A stretch of DNA of 64,000 bases from an uncultured Ignavibacteriales bacterium (GTDB lineage: Bacteria; Zixibacteria; MSB-5A5; GN15; FEB-12). The DNA is taken from assembly GCA_964464605.1 (NCBI GenBank), contig CAYXJN010000002.1, positions 124,001 to 188,000 of the forward strand, in the 5' to 3' direction. Below, piece after piece: positions 60,660 to 64,000 of this stretch; position 1 is the first letter of the stretch; the number at the start of each line of letters is the position of its first letter. The notes beneath the pieces were generated by a model, which saw only the letters and a list, made by a program, of their open reading frames with translations, was not told the DNA's origin and searched no databases. The position numbers and the translations under genes were made by a program.

Positions 60660-61966
60660 GACATAGATCTCCCGCGGATCCGCCCTTTCTTAAGGAAGCC
60701 GTCGTAGTGTCGCATCAACAGATGCGACTCAATCTGCTGGAGGGTATCAAGCGCCACACCAACAACAATCAGCAAACCGGTACCGCCGAAGAAATAGGTC
60801 GCACTGGTAAACTTAATGATGATCCAGGGCAGAATAGCGATTAAAGCAAAGAACAATGAGCCGGGCAGCGTGATACGCGTAAGCACCCGCTCGATGTAAT
60901 CGGACGTATTTTTGCCGGGACGAATACCCGGAATATAGCCGCCGTTCTTTCTCATGTTATCCGCAATTTCGATCGGATTGAATACGATTGCGGTGTAAAA
61001 GAAGGCGAAGAAAATAATGATCAACGAATAAATAATCATGTACGCCCAACCGGTCGGAGCTAAACTTCCCTGTACCAGACTTTGCAGCCATTCCGCACCC
61101 GGGAACAACTGCGCGACCGTTGCCGGCAGAAACATGATAGACTGTGCGAAAATAATCGGAATAACACCGGCGGCATTCACGGATAACGGCAAAAAGGTAG
61201 CGGCGCCGCCAAATACTCTACGACCGACAACACGGCGCGGATATTGAACCGGAATTTTACGCTGCGCGCGGGTAACCAGCACAACCGCCATAATCATGAG
61301 AACCATGATTGCAACGACGATGAGCGACAGAAGCAGTGAGCGAGTTCCGCCTAACACCATCTGTATTTCGCTGAACACCGCTTCTGGAAAGCGGGCGACA
61401 ATACCGATGAAAATGATCATCGAAATACCGTTGCCGATTCCACGTTCGGTTATCTGTTCACCGAGCCACATGACAAAAATCGTCCCGCACGTAAACGTAA
61501 GCACGGTTAACGGAACAAAACTCCATGAATCCATGGTAACGGCTGGAACTCCCTGATAGCTGATAGTCGAAATAAATCCTACCGTTGCCCATCCCTGTAA
61601 GACAGCAATAAGTACGGTGAGATACCGGGTGTACTGGGTAATCTTGCGACGGCCTTCTTCCCCTTCACGCTGTAACCGCTGAATGAACGGCACAACGGCC
61701 CCCATCAATTGCAGCATAATGGAAGCGGAGATATACGGCATAATGCCAAGCGCGAAAATAGTCGCCTTGGCAAACGCGCCGCCTGCGAACAGGTCGATCA
61801 TGCCGAAGATTGAACTGCGGGAGAGCGCCAACGTGAGAATTGTTCCATCAACTCCCGGCGTCGGTATATGCGAACCGATCCGGTACACGATGAGCAATCC
61901 CAGCGTGAACAGGATACGATTACGAAGTTCTTCTATTTTGAAAATCGATTGAAACGTCTGGATCAC
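60656..61966 (-). CDS. secY: Preprotein translocase SecY
   Basis: FALGIMPYISASI, GIGNGIS, IPGIRPG. Confidence 0.99.
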   Translation of the reverse strand: MIQTFQSIFKIEELRNRILFTLGLLIVYRIGSHIPTPGVDGTILTLALSRSSIFGMIDLFAGGAFAKATIFALGIMPYISASIMLQLMGAVVPFIQRLQREGEEGRRKITQYTRYLTVLIAVLQGWATVGFISTISYQGVPAVTMDSWSFVPLTVLTFTCGTIFVMWLGEQITERGIGNGISMIIFIGIVARFPEAVFSEIQMVLGGTRSLLLSLIVVAIMVLMIMAVVLVTRAQRKIPVQYPRRVVGRRVFGGAATFLPLSVNAAGVIPIIFAQSIMFLPATVAQLFPGAEWLQSLVQGSLAPTGWAYMIIYSLIIIFFAFFYTAIVFNPIEIADNMRKNGGYIPGIRPGKNTSDYIERVLTRITLPGSLFFALIAILPWIIIKFTSATYFFGGTGLLIVVGVALDTLQQIESHLLMRHYDGFLKKGRIRGRSMS

Positions 61967-62409
61967 TTGAGTACCTCGGCTTTACCTCCGGCGCCCTGCA
62001 GTTTTTCAACCGCTGAACGGGAGAATGCCGCAGCCTTCACTGTGAAGGCTTTCTTTACCTCACCTACTCCGAGAACTTTCACCGGAATAGTTGCTGACTG
62101 CACAAGTCCGGCTTTAAATAATGCTTCGGCGGTAATGTCCGTACTGGCGCAGCGTTCTAACTGACCGACGTTGACCACCTGAAATTCTTTTTTGAAAATG
62201 TTGGTGAAGCCAAATTTCGGCAAACGACGATGCATCGGCATCTGTCCGCCTTCATGGTAATGCTTGTGGCTGGTACCGCTGCGAGCGAACGCGCCTTTGT
62301 GACCGCGGGTGGATGTTTCACCCATTCCGCTACCGGCGCCACGGCCGATACGCTTGCGGTTCTTTTTGGAACCGGGGGCTGGCTTCAGATTGTGCAGTTT
62401 CAACGGCAT
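61963..62409 (-). CDS. rplO: 50S ribosomal protein L15
   Basis: RIGRG.GSG, EGGQMP..RRLPKFGF. Confidence 0.98.
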   Translation of the reverse strand: MPLKLHNLKPAPGSKKNRKRIGRGAGSGMGETSTRGHKGAFARSGTSHKHYHEGGQMPMHRRLPKFGFTNIFKKEFQVVNVGQLERCASTDITAEALFKAGLVQSATIPVKVLGVGEVKKAFTVKAAAFSRSAVEKLQGAGGKAEVLK

Positions 62410-62412
62410 TGC

Positions 62413-62595
62413 TTATTTGACCTCTTCAACTTTTACCAGATGCGTCACGGCGCGAATCATACCGCGAATCTGCGGGGTGTCGGCGTGAACAATCGATTTA
62501 TGCAACTTGCCCAACCCGAGCGCTTCGATAGTGCGCTTCTGCGGTTCCGGTTTGTTAATCGCGCTTTTGACCTGAGTAACTTTTAATTTTCCCAT
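62413..62595 (-). CDS. rpmD: 50S ribosomal protein L30
   Basis: [17 protein letters not shown]. Confidence 0.97.
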   Translation of the reverse strand: MGKLKVTQVKSAINKPEPQKRTIEALGLGKLHKSIVHADTPQIRGMIRAVTHLVKVEEVK

Positions 62596-62620
62596 AGTTG
62601 TTCGTCGCTTTCGTCAGCGA

Positions 62621-63106
62621 TTAGGCGTCCTCGCGGAAACGCTGTTCCTGATCGCGGGTACGCAGAAGAGCCAAACCGTTCATGGTCGCTTTGACGACAT
62701 TGTTCGGATTGCGGCTGCCTAATGCTTTTGCCAAAATATCCTGTACGCCGACTGATTCCAAAATCGCGCGAACGGCGCCGCCGGCAATAACGCCGGTACC
62801 CGGTGAAGCCGGACGAAGCACAACTGTGGTGGCGGCAAATTTACCGTCGATACGATGCGGAATGGTTCCATTGACCAGATTCACTTTAGTCATGGCGCGT
62901 TTGGCAGCCTCAGTACCCTTGCGAATTGCATCTGACACTTCGGCCGCTTTTCCGTGACCGATACCGACTTTGCCGTGTCTGTCACCGACAGCCACCAGCG
63001 CGGTAAAGCTAAAGCGGCGTCCGCCTTTTACTACCTTCGCTACGCGGTTGACGAAAATGACTTTTTCCGCAAACTCCGAGTTCTCTGATTCAAATCTTCT
63101 GGCCAA
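62621..63106 (-). CDS. rpsE: 30S ribosomal protein S5
   Basis: [23 protein letters not shown]. Confidence 0.99.
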   Translation of the reverse strand: MARRFESENSEFAEKVIFVNRVAKVVKGGRRFSFTALVAVGDRHGKVGIGHGKAAEVSDAIRKGTEAAKRAMTKVNLVNGTIPHRIDGKFAATTVVLRPASPGTGVIAGGAVRAILESVGVQDILAKALGSRNPNNVVKATMNGLALLRTRDQEQRFREDA

Positions 63107-63142
63107 GCGCTACCTCATTCTCCCATCGGTTCTTTACAACGT

Positions 63143-63511
63143 TTAGAACTGTAATCCACCTTCACGGGCGCCGTCGGCAACTGCCTTGATGCGTCCATGA
63201 AAGCGAAACTGATTGCGATCAAACACGACCGCGTCGATACCTTTTTCTTTCGCCAGTCTGGCGATAGCCAAACCAACCTGTTTGGCGCGCTCTGTTTTCG
63301 TTCCCGTGAGTGTGCTGACGATCTGTTTGGAATCGGAGCTGACACCGACCAGGGTGACTTTGCTTTCGTCGTTGATAATCTGCACGTGGACGTGCTTGAG
63401 CGATTTGTTAACCGTCAAACGCGGACGAGCCTGTGTACCGAACACTTTACCGCGAACGCGACGACGACGACGTACGGAGCGTTGTTTCTTATTTTGTAAA
63501 ATAGATGCCAT
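63143..63511 (-). CDS. rplR: 50S ribosomal protein L18
   Basis: RPRL.V..S, VVFDR..FHGRIKA.AD.AREGGL. Confidence 0.98.
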   Translation of the reverse strand: MASILQNKKQRSVRRRRRVRGKVFGTQARPRLTVNKSLKHVHVQIINDESKVTLVGVSSDSKQIVSTLTGTKTERAKQVGLAIARLAKEKGIDAVVFDRNQFRFHGRIKAVADGAREGGLQF

Positions 63512-63525
63512 ACAACTTTATTCCA

Positions 63526-64000
63526 TTACTTACCGGCTGTCTTACCGGCTTTGAGCTTAACGGTCTCACCCAGGTAGCGAACACCCTTGCCTTTGTACGG
63601 CTCCGGTTCGCGCAGGGAGCGAATTTTCGCTGCGACCATTCCTACCAGTTCTTTATCGATGCCATCAACAACAATGCGATTTTCTTTTGACTGCGACGTC
63701 ACGGTCACGGCATCCGGCGGGAAGAACACGATCGGGTGCGAATACCCGAGATAAAAGACCAGATTCTTTCCTTTTTGTTCTGCACGGTAACCGATACCGA
63801 CCAGTTCAAGGGTCTTTTGATAGCCGGTAGTTACGCCGTTTACCATATTCTGCAGGAGCGCACGGGACATACCATGTAGGGCGCGATGGCTCTTGATGTC
63901 ACTCTTGCGGGTAACCTGAATCGTATTATCCTGAACCGTCGCGGTAATATCGGCCGGTAATTGCCAGGCAAGATTTCCTTTCGGACCTGTTACTTTGGCA
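63526..64000 (-). CDS. rplF: 50S ribosomal protein L6, N-terminus outside the window
   Basis: LGYSHP, EPYKGKGVRY, KAGK; frame continues upstream of the ORF-track start. Confidence 0.97.
   Translation of the reverse strand, partial: AKVTGPKGNLAWQLPADITATVQDNTIQVTRKSDIKSHRALHGMSRALLQNMVNGVTTGYQKTLELVGIGYRAEQKGKNLVFYLGYSHPIVFFPPDAVTVTSQSKENRIVVDGIDKELVGMVAAKIRSLREPEPYKGKGVRYLGETVKLKAGKTAGK

Overview
A bacterial chromosomal window (GC roughly 50% by eye). A C-terminal dockerin-type repeat, GWxTD genes and DUF1573 genes suggest a diderm FCB-associated lineage such as Ca. Zixiibacteriota; this is inference only. Housekeeping content: hrcA-grpE-dnaK, a sigma54 enhancer-binding regulator, trmB, three tRNAs (Leu-TAA, Tyr-GTA, Phe-GAA), a HupE/UreJ metal-uptake cluster, glgB, hppA, an rfbBADC/pseI/GT4/wzy/wzz polysaccharide cluster, hisS, a Yip1-TolC-MFP-ABC exporter operon and the spc/alpha ribosomal operon. 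Three things stand out. (1) At 6453-8209 lies a tandem array of two non-autonomous IS1-like units. They share a ~207-bp leader (left end plus transposase C-terminus) and a 17-bp right end but carry different cargo: a structured RNA with a 43-aa peptide in one, a DUF3467/putative toxin/DUF2283 operon in the other. This looks like a cassette-capture system. (2) At 39302-40048 a secreted DUF1573 paralog has an in-frame TGA where its two neighbours have the first Cys of a CxC motif, followed by a SECIS-like hairpin, so it is a probable selenoprotein. (3) At 14656-15300 a TonB-receptor plug is fused in frame to a histidine-kinase tail, marking a deletion or a misassembly.
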